From: Gemmatimonadales bacterium
GTDB lineage: Bacteria; Gemmatimonadota; Gemmatimonadetes; Gemmatimonadales; GWC2-71-9
DNA length: 57,141 bases
Reading direction: 5' to 3'
NCBI GenBank assembly: GCA_037916975.1
Contig: JBAIWX010000141.1
Location: 1-57,141, forward strand
The translations under genes and the position numbers were made by a program. This document shows positions 1 through 10,227 of this stretch, in pieces. The notes under the pieces are model-generated. The model had not been told where the DNA came from. It searched no databases and saw only the letters and a list, made by a program, of their open reading frames with translations. Numbering within the stretch: position 1 is the stretch's first letter; each line of letters opens with the position of its first letter.

Positions 1-2
1 CG

Positions 3-305
3 ACCACGCCGCAGGGCTTTCCGCCCTACAGCCTCAACGCCGACCTGATGTGGTTCCTGATCGAGAACCGGGGCGCGCGCGGGCTGGCCCTGCTGCTCCA
101 GGAGCGCGGCGGGCGGGACCTCGGCTACGTCGGTGTCGAGTGCGAGGGCACGCCGAGCCGTGAGGGGGGCAACGTCCTCTGGGGCCCCTGCCTCGTCCGC
201 CGGAAGATCGAGCGCGGGCAGACGGGGACGGAGCGGCTCTTCGGCCTCATCATCGAGCGGGAGGGGCGCTACAAGTTCGTGAGCTTCGCGAACCGCTTTG
301 ACTGA
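3..305 (+). CDS. Hypothetical protein, 5'-truncated at window edge
   Basis: Open frame from base 3 (TTPQGFPPYSLNADLMWFL...FVSFANRFD*) with strong GC3 codon bias. Confidence 0.75.
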   Translation, partial: TTPQGFPPYSLNADLMWFLIENRGARGLALLLQERGGRDLGYVGVECEGTPSREGGNVLWGPCLVRRKIERGQTGTERLFGLIIEREGRYKFVSFANRFD

Positions 306-430
306 TCCTCGCCTCAGTCCGCCTTCACGCCGCCTTGCGTCCCGCCCCCGTAGCGTCCGGAGCATGACGGCCTGCGGACCTGCGCCGGAGGGCGCGGGGC
401 CGCGGGGCCGTCCGGGACGCGGAGGGCGAC

Positions 431-676
431 ATGACGGTCCAGGTGGTGGGTCCGCGGAGCTGGCACGCGCAGGTGCTCTACAACAACGTCCTCCGCGCGC
501 GGGCGCGCCTCGGCCGCCGCGAGGCGGTCGAGCGGGTGGAGGATCCGGCCGAGATCGCGGCCTATGGCGTGATCGGGGCGCCCGCGCTCGTGGTGGACGG
601 GCAGGTGCGCGTGGTGGGGCGGGTGCCGGCGGCCGGCGAGCTTGAGCGGGTGCTCGCGCCGCGCGACGCCGCGTGA
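431..676 (+). CDS. Small thioredoxin-fold protein (MTH895/Thioredoxin_3-like) lacking CxxC
   Basis: Family-like pattern V.D..EIAAYGV...PALVVDG.V.V.GRVP; GPRSWHA where G.GCxxC is expected; GGAGG RBS at 421-425. Confidence 0.75.
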   Translation: MTVQVVGPRSWHAQVLYNNVLRARARLGRREAVERVEDPAEIAAYGVIGAPALVVDGQVRVVGRVPAAGELERVLAPRDAA

Positions 677-689
677 GCGGCGCGCGCGC

Positions 690-2135
690 CTAGTACCCCG
701 CCTCGGCGGCCGGCCGCCACGGGGCGATGTTCACCCGCCCCGTGGTGCGGGCCGCGGCCTCGGCGGCAGTCGCGGTGCCCCAGAAGTTCCCGCCCGCCTC
801 GAGCTCGGGCGCGCGGATGAACACGCCCCGCGCGCGCAGGAAGACGTTCCCGCTCACCTCCGCCTCCCGCGCCGCCGAGTCCGCCACGAGCCCCTCCCCC
901 ACCCCGTCGAAGAGGTTGCCCCGCACCCGCAGCTGGCTCGTCCGCTCGACCACGAGCCCGCGCTCGAGCCTGGCGAGCACGTTGTCGTCCACCCGGTAGC
1001 CCCGGCTGTCGGGACCGTCGGCGGACGGCGCGAAGAGGCGGATGCCCACCTCGCCGCCGATCACCACGTTCCCCGCGAGCTCGTTGTCCTGCCCGTGCTC
1101 GATCGCGATGCCCGCGGTGCGGCTCCCGACGACGGTGTTCCCGCGCACCGTGCTCCCGCTCGAGTAGCCGAGCCAGAAGCCGTAGTCGGCGCTGTCGGCG
1201 CGGTTGTCGAGGAAGGTGTTGTTCCAGCTGAAGGTCGCCTCGAACGCGTTGTGCCAGGCGCGCGAGGCGTCGTTGCGGAGCACGAGGTTGCCGACGGACG
1301 GCTGCAGGGCGGGCCGGTGCCCGCTCAGGAAGAAGCCGTCGCCCGAGCCGCTGAGGTCGTTGTCCGCGATCACGTTCGAGTCGCTCTGCTGCCGGAGCAG
1401 GAGCGCCGCCGAGTCGCAGCCGCGGTGCCAGGCGGGCGCCTCGCAGCGGACGTTGTCGGCCGCCCGGTTGCGCACGATCGTGTTGCCGGCCGAGCGCCAG
1501 AGGTGGATGCCCCACCCCGAGTTGTGCGAGACGTCGTTCGCGGCGAGGTACGCCCCCCGCGTGCCCGAGAGGCCGATGCCGTTCTGCGCCTCGCGCGCCG
1601 TGACGCCGGTGACCACGGCGCCGGTCGTGTTCCGCAGGTAGAGCCCCGCCCCGTACCGCTCGAAGACGTTCGGGTCGGCGATGTCGAGCCAGTCGGCCTC
1701 GTCGTAGCGATCGGGCGTCGAGCGGAGGGTCTGGGCGCGGGAGCGCGAGAGGTCGGTGTCCTGCACCCGGTGGCCCCGCCCGCCGTCGAGGAGGATGCCG
1801 TACCGGTAGCCGCGGATGGTGCCCCCGGTGATCGTGACCCCGTCCACGCCGCGGCTCACGACGCCGGTCCCCACGAAGGCCGACTGGAGGGTGTCGCCGC
1901 TCTCGAGCGTGACGCCGGTCAGGTCGAGGTGCGTCCCCGAGGCGGCGAGGATGATCACGCCCCGCTCCGCCGGGTCGGCGATGCGGTACCGCCCCGGGCA
2001 GACGCGCACCTCCCCCTGGACCATCGTCCCGGCCTTCAGGGGTCGGAGGCAGGGGGCGCGCCGCGCCGCGGGTGCCGCGGCGGCGAGGCCGGCGCCGGCG
2101 GCCAGGACGGCGAGCACGGCCGCCCCGCGGCGCAT
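690..2135 (-). CDS. Secreted right-handed parallel beta-helix (NosD/pectate lyase-like) protein
   Basis: Signal peptide MRRGAAVLAVLAAGAGLAAAA; repeated GIxL...N...N turns (NGIGLSGTRGAYLAANDVSHNSGWGIHL); C-terminal GGNFWG. Confidence 0.8.
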   Translation of the reverse strand: MRRGAAVLAVLAAGAGLAAAAPAARRAPCLRPLKAGTMVQGEVRVCPGRYRIADPAERGVIILAASGTHLDLTGVTLESGDTLQSAFVGTGVVSRGVDGVTITGGTIRGYRYGILLDGGRGHRVQDTDLSRSRAQTLRSTPDRYDEADWLDIADPNVFERYGAGLYLRNTTGAVVTGVTAREAQNGIGLSGTRGAYLAANDVSHNSGWGIHLWRSAGNTIVRNRAADNVRCEAPAWHRGCDSAALLLRQQSDSNVIADNDLSGSGDGFFLSGHRPALQPSVGNLVLRNDASRAWHNAFEATFSWNNTFLDNRADSADYGFWLGYSSGSTVRGNTVVGSRTAGIAIEHGQDNELAGNVVIGGEVGIRLFAPSADGPDSRGYRVDDNVLARLERGLVVERTSQLRVRGNLFDGVGEGLVADSAAREAEVSGNVFLRARGVFIRAPELEAGGNFWGTATAAEAAARTTGRVNIAPWRPAAEAGY

Positions 2136-2140
2136 ACCCG

Positions 2141-2893
2141 TCACGGCCGCACCGGGAAGCCGCGCGCGCGGAGGAAGGCGCGCGCCTCGGGGAGCGACGA
2201 GCCCCGGAAGTGGAAGATCGAGGCGGCGAGCACGCCGTGCGCCCCCGCCTCCAGCGCCTCGGCGAGGTGCGCCAGCGAGCCGGCACCGCCGGAGGCGATG
2301 ACCGGGATCCGCACGGCGCGCGAGGCCGCGCCCGTGAGCTCGAGGTCGTAGCCGGCCCGGGTCCCGTCGCGATCCATCGAGGTGAGGAGGATCTCCCCGG
2401 CGCCGAGCCGCTCGAGCTCCGCGATCCACGCGATCGCCTCGAGCTCGGTGGGCTCGCGGCCGCCCGTCACCATGACCGTGAAGCGCCCGCCGACGCGCTT
2501 CGCGTCCACCGCCGCCACGACGCACTGCGTCCCGAAGCTCTCCGCGAGCCGCGTGACGAGCGACGGGTCCCGCACCGCCGCGGTGTTCACCGCCACCTTG
2601 TCAGCGCCCGCGCGCAGGAGCCGCCCGGCATCCTCCACCGAGCGCACGCCGCCCCCCACCGTGAACGGGATGTAGATCGCCTCCGCGACGCGGCTCACCA
2701 TGTCGAGCGTCGTGTCGCGGCGCTCGTGGCTCGCGGTGATGTCGAGGAAGACGAGCTCGTCGGCGCCCTCGGCGTCGTACCGCCGCGCCTGCTCGACGGG
2801 ATCGCCGGCGTCGCGGAGCGACTCGAAATGGACGCCCTTCACGACGCGGCCCTCGGCCACGTCGAGGCAGGGGATGATGCGGCGGGCTAGCAT
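2141..2893 (-). CDS. hisF: Imidazole glycerol phosphate synthase cyclase subunit
   Basis: [52 protein letters not shown]. Confidence 0.97.
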   Translation of the reverse strand: MLARRIIPCLDVAEGRVVKGVHFESLRDAGDPVEQARRYDAEGADELVFLDITASHERRDTTLDMVSRVAEAIYIPFTVGGGVRSVEDAGRLLRAGADKVAVNTAAVRDPSLVTRLAESFGTQCVVAAVDAKRVGGRFTVMVTGGREPTELEAIAWIAELERLGAGEILLTSMDRDGTRAGYDLELTGAASRAVRIPVIASGGAGSLAHLAEALEAGAHGVLAASIFHFRGSSLPEARAFLRARGFPVRP

Positions 2894-3354
2894 ACGCGGA
2901 GCACGTCCTCGACCGGGCCGGCGTCCCCCGTCCCCATGAGGCGCACGATGTCGTCGAGCGCCCGCGCCTCGCGCGGCCAGGCGAGGCGGCGCTGCGCCTC
3001 CGATACCGGCAGCCAGGCGAAGGCGTCGTGTTCGGGGCCGAGGCGCACCGTGTCCCCGGGGGCCGCGAAGGCGCAGAAGACGGGCACGAAGGCCAGTTCG
3101 TCCTGCCGGTGGAGGTAGAAGGTCTCGACGCGGCTCAGGTTGTAGAAGCGCGCGGGGGCGAGCCCCGTCTCCTCGCGCAGCTCGCGGAGCGCCGCGTCGG
3201 CCGGGGCCTCGCCCGGCTCGATGTGGCCGTGCACCGCCTCCCACGAGCCGGGGCACCGGCCCCCGGGGCCGCGGCGGAGCGCGAGGCACTCGAGGCCGTC
3301 GCCGGCGCCGCGCACCACGTACACGTCCACGAGCGAGACGCTGACGGCGGTCAC
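2887..3354 (-). CDS. Nudix hydrolase (NudB-like)
   Basis: Nudix box [23 protein letters not shown] and EHDAFAWL; GTG start overlaps hisH TGA. Confidence 0.9.
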   Translation of the reverse strand: MTAVSVSLVDVYVVRGAGDGLECLALRRGPGGRCPGSWEAVHGHIEPGEAPADAALRELREETGLAPARFYNLSRVETFYLHRQDELAFVPVFCAFAAPGDTVRLGPEHDAFAWLPVSEAQRRLAWPREARALDDIVRLMGTGDAGPVEDVLRVC

Positions 3355-3971
3355 GGCGCCCACGCGGCGAAGGCCGCGAGCAGCGCGATCCCGTCGCGCT
3401 GCGACTTCTCGGGATGGAACTGCGCACCGAGCACGTTGTCCCGCCCCACCATCGTGGCGAAGCGGTAGCCGTACTCGGCGTGCGCGAGCTGCTGGCCCGG
3501 CGGCACCCGGTCGGGGTGGAAGCTGTGCACGTGGTAGAAGAAGCGCGGCTCCCCCGCGAACGCCCGCGCGAGCACGGGGTGCCGGGTCCCGGCCTCCGAC
3601 GGCTCGACGCGCGCCCACCCGACGTGCGGGACCGGGAGCTCCACCGCGAGGCGGCGCACCCGGCCCTCGAGGAGCCCGAGCCCGCGGGCCGCCGGCGCCT
3701 CCTCGCTCTCCTCGAAGAAGAGCTGCAGGCCGAGGCAGATGCCCATCACGGGACGGCCGGCGGCGGCCACCTGGCGCACCGCCTCGCCGAGGCCCGACTC
3801 CGCCAGGTTCTGCGCGGCGCGCGCGAAGTGCCCCACGCCGGGCACGACGACGTGCCCCGCGCGGCGCACCACCGCCGGGTCGGCGCTCAGCGTGGCGGGA
3901 TGCCCGCCGGCCGCGAGGGCGCGCACGACGCTCGCGAGGTTGTTCACCCCGTAGTCCACGACGACGATCAC
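3351..3971 (-). CDS. hisH: Imidazole glycerol phosphate synthase glutaminase subunit
   Basis: [37 protein letters not shown]. Confidence 0.96.
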   Translation of the reverse strand: MIVVVDYGVNNLASVVRALAAGGHPATLSADPAVVRRAGHVVVPGVGHFARAAQNLAESGLGEAVRQVAAAGRPVMGICLGLQLFFEESEEAPAARGLGLLEGRVRRLAVELPVPHVGWARVEPSEAGTRHPVLARAFAGEPRFFYHVHSFHPDRVPPGQQLAHAEYGYRFATMVGRDNVLGAQFHPEKSQRDGIALLAAFAAWAP

Positions 3972-3981
3972 GGCGGCCCCG

Positions 3982-4572
3982 CTACAGCACGCCCTTGGTG
4001 GACGGCACCCCGGTCACGCGCGGGTCGCGCGTCGTGGCGGCGTCGAGCGCCCGGGCGAAGGCCTTGAAGGCCGCCTCGACGATGTGGTGCGGGTTCTCCC
4101 CGCGCAGCAGGTCGAGGTGGCAGGTGAGCTGCGCGTTGGTCACGAGCGCGCGGAAGAACTCCGGCGTGAGGAAGACGTCGTAGTCGCCGAGGAGCTGCCA
4201 CTTGGCGATCTCCACGTGATAGCTCAGGTACGGGCGGCCGGACACGTCCACCACCGCCCGGACGAGCGCCTCGTCGAGCGGCACGGTCGCGTCGGCGTAG
4301 CGGCGGATCCCCGCGCGGTCGCCGAGGGCCTGGGCGATCGCCTGGCCGAGGGCGATGCCCGTGTCCTCGACGGTGTGGTGCTGGTCCACGTGCAGGTCGC
4401 CCTTCGCCTCGACGACGAGGTCGAGGAGGCCGTGCCGGGCGAAGGCGTCGAGCATGTGGTCGAAGAAGCCGATGCCGGTGCGCACCTCCGCCTTCCCGGA
4501 CCCGTCGAGGTCGAGGCGGACGAGGAGGTCGGTCTCCTTCGTGGTGCGGCGGATCTCGGCGGTGCGCGCCAT
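3982..4572 (-). CDS. hisB: Imidazoleglycerol-phosphate dehydratase
   Basis: [48 protein letters not shown]. Confidence 0.97.
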   Translation of the reverse strand: MARTAEIRRTTKETDLLVRLDLDGSGKAEVRTGIGFFDHMLDAFARHGLLDLVVEAKGDLHVDQHHTVEDTGIALGQAIAQALGDRAGIRRYADATVPLDEALVRAVVDVSGRPYLSYHVEIAKWQLLGDYDVFLTPEFFRALVTNAQLTCHLDLLRGENPHHIVEAAFKAFARALDAATTRDPRVTGVPSTKGVL

Positions 4573-4583
4573 GGCCGGGCCCC

Positions 4584-5690
4584 TCAGCCGCCCAGGATCG
4601 CCGCGAGCGCGGCGAGGACGGCGTCCATGTCCTCGTCGGTCCCGATCGAGATCCGGAGGCACTCGTGCAGCTCCGGGGTCGCCGAGACGTCGCGCACGAG
4701 GATCCCGTGCTCCTCGAGGAGGCGGCGGAACACCTCGCGCGCCGGCACTGCGTGGAACCGGACGAGGACGAAGTTGGCCTCGGTCGGGTAGGCGGTGAGG
4801 CCCGGCAGCGCGCGCAGCCGCGGGAGGAAGCGGTCGCGCGTGGCGAGGATGTCCCGCACCAGCGCCGCCCGCACGTCCATGTGGTCGAGGAGCACCTCGG
4901 CGGCGGCGAGGGTCACCAGGTTCACGTTGTAGGGGAGCTTCGCCTTCGCGATCTCCCGCGCCACCGGCGGGTGGGCGAGGGCCACGCCGAAGCGGAGCCC
5001 CGCCATGCCGAGCGCCTTCGAGAAGGTGCGGAGCACCACCACGCGGTCCGACTGCGCCAGCGCGCCCAGGGCGCTCGGGCCGCCGAAGTCCTGGTAGGCC
5101 TCGTCCACGAGCACCATCGCGTCGGTCGCCTCGAGCACCCGCTCGACCGCCCCCTCGGGGAGCGCGGAGCCCGTCGGGTTGTTGGGCGAGCAGAACACCA
5201 CGGCCTTGGCGCGCTCCCGGACCGCGACGTCCACGAGGCGCGGGACGTCGTAGGCGAACTCGGGCCCGAGCGGCACGGGGACGTACCGCCCCCCGAAGAC
5301 GCTGGTGAGGAGGCGGTAGAGCGAGAAGGTGGGGCTCGGGGCCACGACCGCGTCGCCCGCCTGCAGCGTCACCGCGAGCGCCGCCTGGATCACCTCGTTC
5401 GACCCGTTGCCGGCCAGGATGCCGTCGGCGGGCCAGGCGTACCAGTCGGCGAGGCGCTCGAGGAGGCGGCGCGGCGCGAACTCGGGGTAGCGCTGCCACC
5501 GCGCGTCGAGGGCGCGGTCGAGGATCTCCCGCTTGAGCGCCTCGGGGACGTCGTACGGGCTCTCGTTCTGGTTGAGCTTCCGCCGCGCCTCGGGGGCCAC
5601 GAGCGTGTACGCGGGCTGCGCCCGGACGGACGGCTTGATCAGGTCGAGTGCGCGATGCTCGGCGCCGGGGCGCCGCGTGTCGGCCAGCAT
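4584..5690 (-). CDS. hisC: Histidinol-phosphate aminotransferase
   Basis: [42 protein letters not shown] (PLP Lys). Confidence 0.95.
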   Translation of the reverse strand: MLADTRRPGAEHRALDLIKPSVRAQPAYTLVAPEARRKLNQNESPYDVPEALKREILDRALDARWQRYPEFAPRRLLERLADWYAWPADGILAGNGSNEVIQAALAVTLQAGDAVVAPSPTFSLYRLLTSVFGGRYVPVPLGPEFAYDVPRLVDVAVRERAKAVVFCSPNNPTGSALPEGAVERVLEATDAMVLVDEAYQDFGGPSALGALAQSDRVVVLRTFSKALGMAGLRFGVALAHPPVAREIAKAKLPYNVNLVTLAAAEVLLDHMDVRAALVRDILATRDRFLPRLRALPGLTAYPTEANFVLVRFHAVPAREVFRRLLEEHGILVRDVSATPELHECLRISIGTDEDMDAVLAALAAILGG

Positions 5691-5722
5691 GGCGGGGGAA
5701 CCGGGAACGGGAGGTCGGGGAA

Positions 5723-7990
5723 TCAGGCGCGGCTGCGGCGGCCCACGACCGCCTCGATGCGCGCCGAGAGCGAGCGCGCGCGGAACGGCTTCGCGAGGAA
5801 GTCGTCCGCACCGAGCTGGAAGACGCGCACCTCGTTGTCCTCGTCGCCCTTGGCGGTGAGGACGATCACCGGGATGTGGCTCGTGGCCGGGCGCGAGCGC
5901 AGTTGCTGCAGCACCGCGTACCCGTCCACCCCGGGGAGGTTGAGGTCCAGCATGATGACGTCGGGCGCGTAGCGGTCCACCTGCTCGAGCGCCTGCGCGC
6001 CGTCGCGCGCCTCGGCGACGGCGTAGCCGTCCCGCTCGAGGAGGTCGCGCATCACGCGGCGCAGCTGGTCCTCGTCCTCGACGAGCAGGACCTTCCGCCC
6101 GTGCCCGGGGCGGCCGGCGCCGTCGGGCGGGGCCAGCTCCTCGTCGAGCAGCTCGAAGGTGAGGTCCGGCGCCGCCGGCGCGGGAGCCGCGGGGGCCGCC
6201 GGCGGTGGCGCGACCGCGACGGCCGGCCCGGGGAGCGGCGTCGCCGGGATGGCGGGCTGCGGGGCGGAGGGGCGCGCCGGCGCCGCCTTCCCGGTCACGC
6301 TCTCCTGGTGCGGCACGTCGGTGACGCGCAGGAGTTCCTCGATCGTGGACTCGCCGTCCAGCACGTGGCGGAGCCCGCTCTCCCACAGCGACTTCATCCC
6401 CGCCTTGCGGGCCGCCTCGGCGATCTTGTCCGCCGTGGCGCCCGAGCCGATGATCCGCTCCAGCTCGGGCGACATCGCCAGGATCTCGACGATGCTGAAG
6501 CGCCCGCGGTAGCCGGTCATCGCGCACTCGGGGCACCCCACCGCGCGGAAGAGCGGCGTGCCGTCGGGGACGTAGCGCCGCACGCGCTCCGGCACCTGGT
6601 CGCCCCCGTCCTGCCGGCAGACACGGCAGAGCCGGCGCATGAGGCGCTGGGCGATCACGCCGCGGAGCGCGGAGGCGATCTTGTACGCCTCCATCCCCAT
6701 GTCCACGAGGCGCGTCACCGCGTTCGGCGCGTCGTTCGTGTGCAGCGTCGAGAGCACCAGGTGGCCGGTCAGCGAGGCCTGCACGGCGATCTGGGCCGTC
6801 TCGTGGTCGCGGATCTCGCCCACCAGCACGACGTCGGGGTCCTGCCGCAGGATGCTCCGGAGCGCCGCGGCGAAGGTGAGCCCCGCCTTCTCGTTCACCT
6901 GCACCTGCACGATGTTCTCGCCGAGGCGGTACTCGACCGGGTCCTCGACGGTCACGATGTTCACGCCCTCGCTCTGCACCATGCGGAGCGCGGAGTAGAG
7001 CGTCGTCGTCTTGCCCGACCCGGTGGGGCCGGTCACGAGGACGATCCCCTCCTTGTGCTGCAGCAGCGACGCCACCGCCGTGCGCTCCTCGGGGTACATG
7101 CCGAGGTTCTCGAGCGTGAGGACGGTCGCCTTCGCGTTGAGCACGCGGATCACGACCTTCTCGCCGTAGGTGGCGGGGAGGGTCGAGATGCGGAGGTCCA
7201 CCGGCGAGTTGTTCACCGCCACGCGGGCGCGGCCGTCTTGCGGCCGGCGCCGGTCGGCGATGTCGAGGCCGGAGATGATCTTGATGCGCGAGATGAGCGG
7301 GATCCCCGCGGTGCGCGGGATCTTCATGACCTGCCGCAGCACGCCGTCGATGCGGTAGCGCACCACCACCCCGCCCTCGACCGGCTCGATGTGGATGTCG
7401 CTGGCCCGGCTCGCGATGCCGTCGGCGAGCATCATGTCCACGAGGCGGACGATCGGCGCGGTGCTCGCCTCGTCGGCGGAGGCGCCGATGTCCTGCGGCT
7501 CGTCCTCGAGCTGGGTGACCTCGGCGTCGCCCAGTTCCAGGTTGCCGATGATCTTCTGGACCGCGTCCTCGGGGCGGTAGATCTCGTCCACCTTGTCGCG
7601 GATCCGCGTCGGCGAGGCGAGGAGCATCCGCACCTCGCGGCCGCTGGCGAAGGCGAGCATCTTCTCCGCGTCGATGTCGAACGGGTTCGCCGTCGCGACC
7701 TCGAGGTAGGAGTCCGTCATCCGGAGGGGCAGCACGTTGAACCGCCGGACGAGGTTCTCCGGCGCCACCTCGCGCACCCGGGTGTCGAGCGTGGCGAGGT
7801 CGGCCACCGGGAGGCGGAAGCGGCGGGAGACGGCGTCGATCACCTGCTCGTCGGTCACGACCCGGCGCTGGGTCAGCTGCTCCCACAGCGACACGACCGT
7901 CCCCTGGGCGGCCTGCCGGAGCTGCTCCAGCTGCCCCTCGGGCAACAGCGGTTGGATCGTGGCGACGAGCCACTCGTCGGAAAACGACAT
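5723..7990 (-). CDS. PilB/GspE-family assembly ATPase with C-terminal response-regulator receiver domain
   Basis: ASDIHIEP, Walker [41 protein letters not shown], CxxC..CxxC; Pro/Ala linker then [22 protein letters not shown]. Confidence 0.93.
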   Translation of the reverse strand: MSFSDEWLVATIQPLLPEGQLEQLRQAAQGTVVSLWEQLTQRRVVTDEQVIDAVSRRFRLPVADLATLDTRVREVAPENLVRRFNVLPLRMTDSYLEVATANPFDIDAEKMLAFASGREVRMLLASPTRIRDKVDEIYRPEDAVQKIIGNLELGDAEVTQLEDEPQDIGASADEASTAPIVRLVDMMLADGIASRASDIHIEPVEGGVVVRYRIDGVLRQVMKIPRTAGIPLISRIKIISGLDIADRRRPQDGRARVAVNNSPVDLRISTLPATYGEKVVIRVLNAKATVLTLENLGMYPEERTAVASLLQHKEGIVLVTGPTGSGKTTTLYSALRMVQSEGVNIVTVEDPVEYRLGENIVQVQVNEKAGLTFAAALRSILRQDPDVVLVGEIRDHETAQIAVQASLTGHLVLSTLHTNDAPNAVTRLVDMGMEAYKIASALRGVIAQRLMRRLCRVCRQDGGDQVPERVRRYVPDGTPLFRAVGCPECAMTGYRGRFSIVEILAMSPELERIIGSGATADKIAEAARKAGMKSLWESGLRHVLDGESTIEELLRVTDVPHQESVTGKAAPARPSAPQPAIPATPLPGPAVAVAPPPAAPAAPAPAAPDLTFELLDEELAPPDGAGRPGHGRKVLLVEDEDQLRRVMRDLLERDGYAVAEARDGAQALEQVDRYAPDVIMLDLNLPGVDGYAVLQQLRSRPATSHIPVIVLTAKGDEDNEVRVFQLGADDFLAKPFRARSLSARIEAVVGRRSRA

Positions 7991-8112
7991 CCGGGCGTCC
8001 TGACGTCGGGGACCGGCCTGCGGAACCTCGAACTTCCAAATATACCCGCCACAACGTGATACCAAAGGCCGCCGCGCGCGGTCCCGGCGCCGGGCGACGC
8101 CCCGGGGACGCC

Positions 8113-8142
8113 TTGCCCCGCCCGCCGCGCGCCCCCTAGCTT
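8113..8142 (+). promoter_or_regulatory. Putative sigma70 promoter
   Basis: TTGCCC-N18-TAGCTT, 13 nt before GTG at 8156. Confidence 0.5.
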
Positions 8143-8155
8143 CGTCCCCCTGACC

Positions 8156-8740
8156 GTGTCGCGCCTCGTCCCCCCGGCCCTGACGGGCCTCCTCCTCGCG
8201 TCCCTCCTGGGCGGCTGCGGCGCCCGGCGGGCGACGGCCCCCGCGGCGCCGGAGGTGACCCCCGTCCGGACCCTCCCCGCGGGCGGCGTCTTCGTGCTCG
8301 AGGCGGCGGGCATCCCCCCGCAGGACACCGTCGTCACGCTGGTGGCGGGGGCGGCGCGCGAGGTGGTGCTGCGGCACGGCCCGCCGGACCAGGCCACCCT
8401 CGCGGTGGTGACCTTTCCCGCCGCCGCCTTCACCGCGCCGGCGGGGAGCCCGGTCACCGTCCGGCTCCGACCCCGGCCCGGCGTCTACGGCCTCGACGTC
8501 GCCAGCGACCTTCCCTTCACCGGAGCGCGGCTCGTGTTCAAGTACGCCCGGCACTTCTCCGCCCCGGCCGACGCGCGGCGACGCTACGGCAGCGACGTCG
8601 CGGTGGAGCAGGCGCTCGCCATCGGCCGGCTCCTCGAGGGCGGCGCGGTGCGCCTCCTCGCCTCCTCCCGCCCGGCGACCGACAACCTCGCGGCGACGCT
8701 CGAGGGGCCCGGGAGCTACGTGGTGGCGGCACCCCGATGA
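8156..8740 (+). CDS. Putative lipoprotein, unknown function
   Basis: Hydrophobic N-terminus ending in lipobox LLGGC; stop overlaps trpE ATG (ATGA). Confidence 0.75.
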   Translation: MSRLVPPALTGLLLASLLGGCGARRATAPAAPEVTPVRTLPAGGVFVLEAAGIPPQDTVVTLVAGAAREVVLRHGPPDQATLAVVTFPAAAFTAPAGSPVTVRLRPRPGVYGLDVASDLPFTGARLVFKYARHFSAPADARRRYGSDVAVEQALAIGRLLEGGAVRLLASSRPATDNLAATLEGPGSYVVAAPR

Positions 8741-10227
8741 GCGCCCGCTTCGAGGCGTTCCTGGCGCGCGCCGCGCAGGGCGGGATGGTGCCGGTGACGC
8801 GGGAGGTGGTGCTCGACGGCGATACCGCCGTCACCGCCTTCCGGAAGCTCCACCGCGGGCCGTACGGCTTCCTCCTCGAGTCGCTCGAGGGCGGCGAGCG
8901 CTGGGCGCGCTACACCTTCCTCGCCACCGACCCGCGCGAGGTGCTGCGCTACCGGGGCCGCGAGTGCCACCGCTGGACCCCGGACGGCGGCTGGGCCCCG
9001 CTCGCGCTCGACGTGGCGCCGCTCGACCACCTCGCCGGGGTGATGCGCCGGTACCAGCCGGTGCCGGTGCCCGGCCTCCCGCGCTTCACCGGCGGCGCCG
9101 TCGGCTACCTGGGCTACGACGTCGTCCGGAGCCTCGAGCGGCTCCCCGCCCCGCCCCCGGACGACCGCGGCCTCCCCGACGCCGTCATGATGGTGGTGGA
9201 CACGCTGCTCGTCCTCGACAACGTGTACAACCGCGCCACCGTCATCGCCTGCGCGGAGGTGCCGCCGGGCGCCGACGAGGCCACGCTGCGCCGCCTGCAC
9301 GACGCGGCCGAGGCGCGGATCGACGTCTGGCTCGCCCGCCTGGAGGCGCCGGGGCCGGTGCGCCCGCTCACGATCGAGCCCGCCCCACTCCCCGCCGTGA
9401 CGACGCCCTACCCGCGCGAGCGGTTCGTCGCCGACGTGGGCCGGATCAAGGGGTACATCGCCGCGGGCGACACCTTCCAGACGGTTCTCTCCCGCCGGAT
9501 GGACCTGCCGGCGCCGGACCCGTTCCTCACCTACCGCTACCTGCGCGCCCTCAACCCGGCGCCGTACCTCTACTTCCTCCACCTCGACGACGTCCACGTC
9601 GTGGGCTCGAGCCCGGAGATCCTCGTGCGGGTGGAGGACGGCGAGGTCACGGTGCGGCCGATCGCCGGCACGCGGCCCCGCGGCCAGTCGCCGGAGCAGG
9701 ATGCGGCGCTCGAGGCCGAGCTGCTCGCGGATCCCAAGGAGCGCGCCGAGCACCTCATGCTCGTGGACCTCGGGCGGAACGACGTCGGCCGGGTCGCGGC
9801 GTACGGGAGCGTCCGGCTCACCGCGTTCCTCACGGTGGAGCGCTACTCGCACGTGATGCACCTGGTGAGCGAGGTGCGCGGCCGGCTGCGCGACGGCGTG
9901 GACGCCCTCGCCGCCTTCGGCGCCTGCTTCCCCGCCGGCACCGTCTCGGGGGCGCCCAAGGTGCGCGCGATGGAGATCATCGACGAGCTCGAGCCGGTGC
10001 GGCGCGGCCCCTATGCCGGGGCGGTGGGCTACGTCGGGTGGGGGGCGCACGCCCTCGACACCGCGATCGCGATCCGGACGGTGGTCATGAAGGACGGCGT
10101 CGCGTGGGTGCAGGCGGGGGCCGGCATCGTCGCCGATTCCGATCCCGAGGCGGAGTTCCGCGAGACGGAGGCCAAGGCGCGCGCCGTCCTCACCGCGCTC
10201 GGCCTCGCCGCCCGGGAGGGGCGGTGA
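8737..10227 (+). CDS. trpE: Anthranilate synthase component I (chorismate-binding enzyme)
   Basis: FLLESLEGGERWARY, LRALNPAPY, GSSPE, PIAGTRPRG, EHLMLVDLGRND, FPAGTVSGAPKVRAMEII. Confidence 0.9.
   Translation: MSARFEAFLARAAQGGMVPVTREVVLDGDTAVTAFRKLHRGPYGFLLESLEGGERWARYTFLATDPREVLRYRGRECHRWTPDGGWAPLALDVAPLDHLAGVMRRYQPVPVPGLPRFTGGAVGYLGYDVVRSLERLPAPPPDDRGLPDAVMMVVDTLLVLDNVYNRATVIACAEVPPGADEATLRRLHDAAEARIDVWLARLEAPGPVRPLTIEPAPLPAVTTPYPRERFVADVGRIKGYIAAGDTFQTVLSRRMDLPAPDPFLTYRYLRALNPAPYLYFLHLDDVHVVGSSPEILVRVEDGEVTVRPIAGTRPRGQSPEQDAALEAELLADPKERAEHLMLVDLGRNDVGRVAAYGSVRLTAFLTVERYSHVMHLVSEVRGRLRDGVDALAAFGACFPAGTVSGAPKVRAMEIIDELEPVRRGPYAGAVGYVGWGAHALDTAIAIRTVVMKDGVAWVQAGAGIVADSDPEAEFRETEAKARAVLTALGLAAREGR

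Noticed and set aside
364-430. In-frame TGA (365) followed by a hairpin upstream of the thioredoxin-like gene, considered as selenocysteine/SECIS
   Set aside because: The TGA is 22 codons upstream of a start with a good RBS, not at the active site, and the extension is not protein-like
4584-8054. Apparent giant or fused ORFs in the track (1156 aa here; also 8964-11807, 11811-14231, 44290-47412, 49027-52209)
   Set aside because: N-terminal parts are Arg/Gly/Pro-rich off-frame translations of the upstream gene; stop codons are scarce at this GC content and true starts are internal
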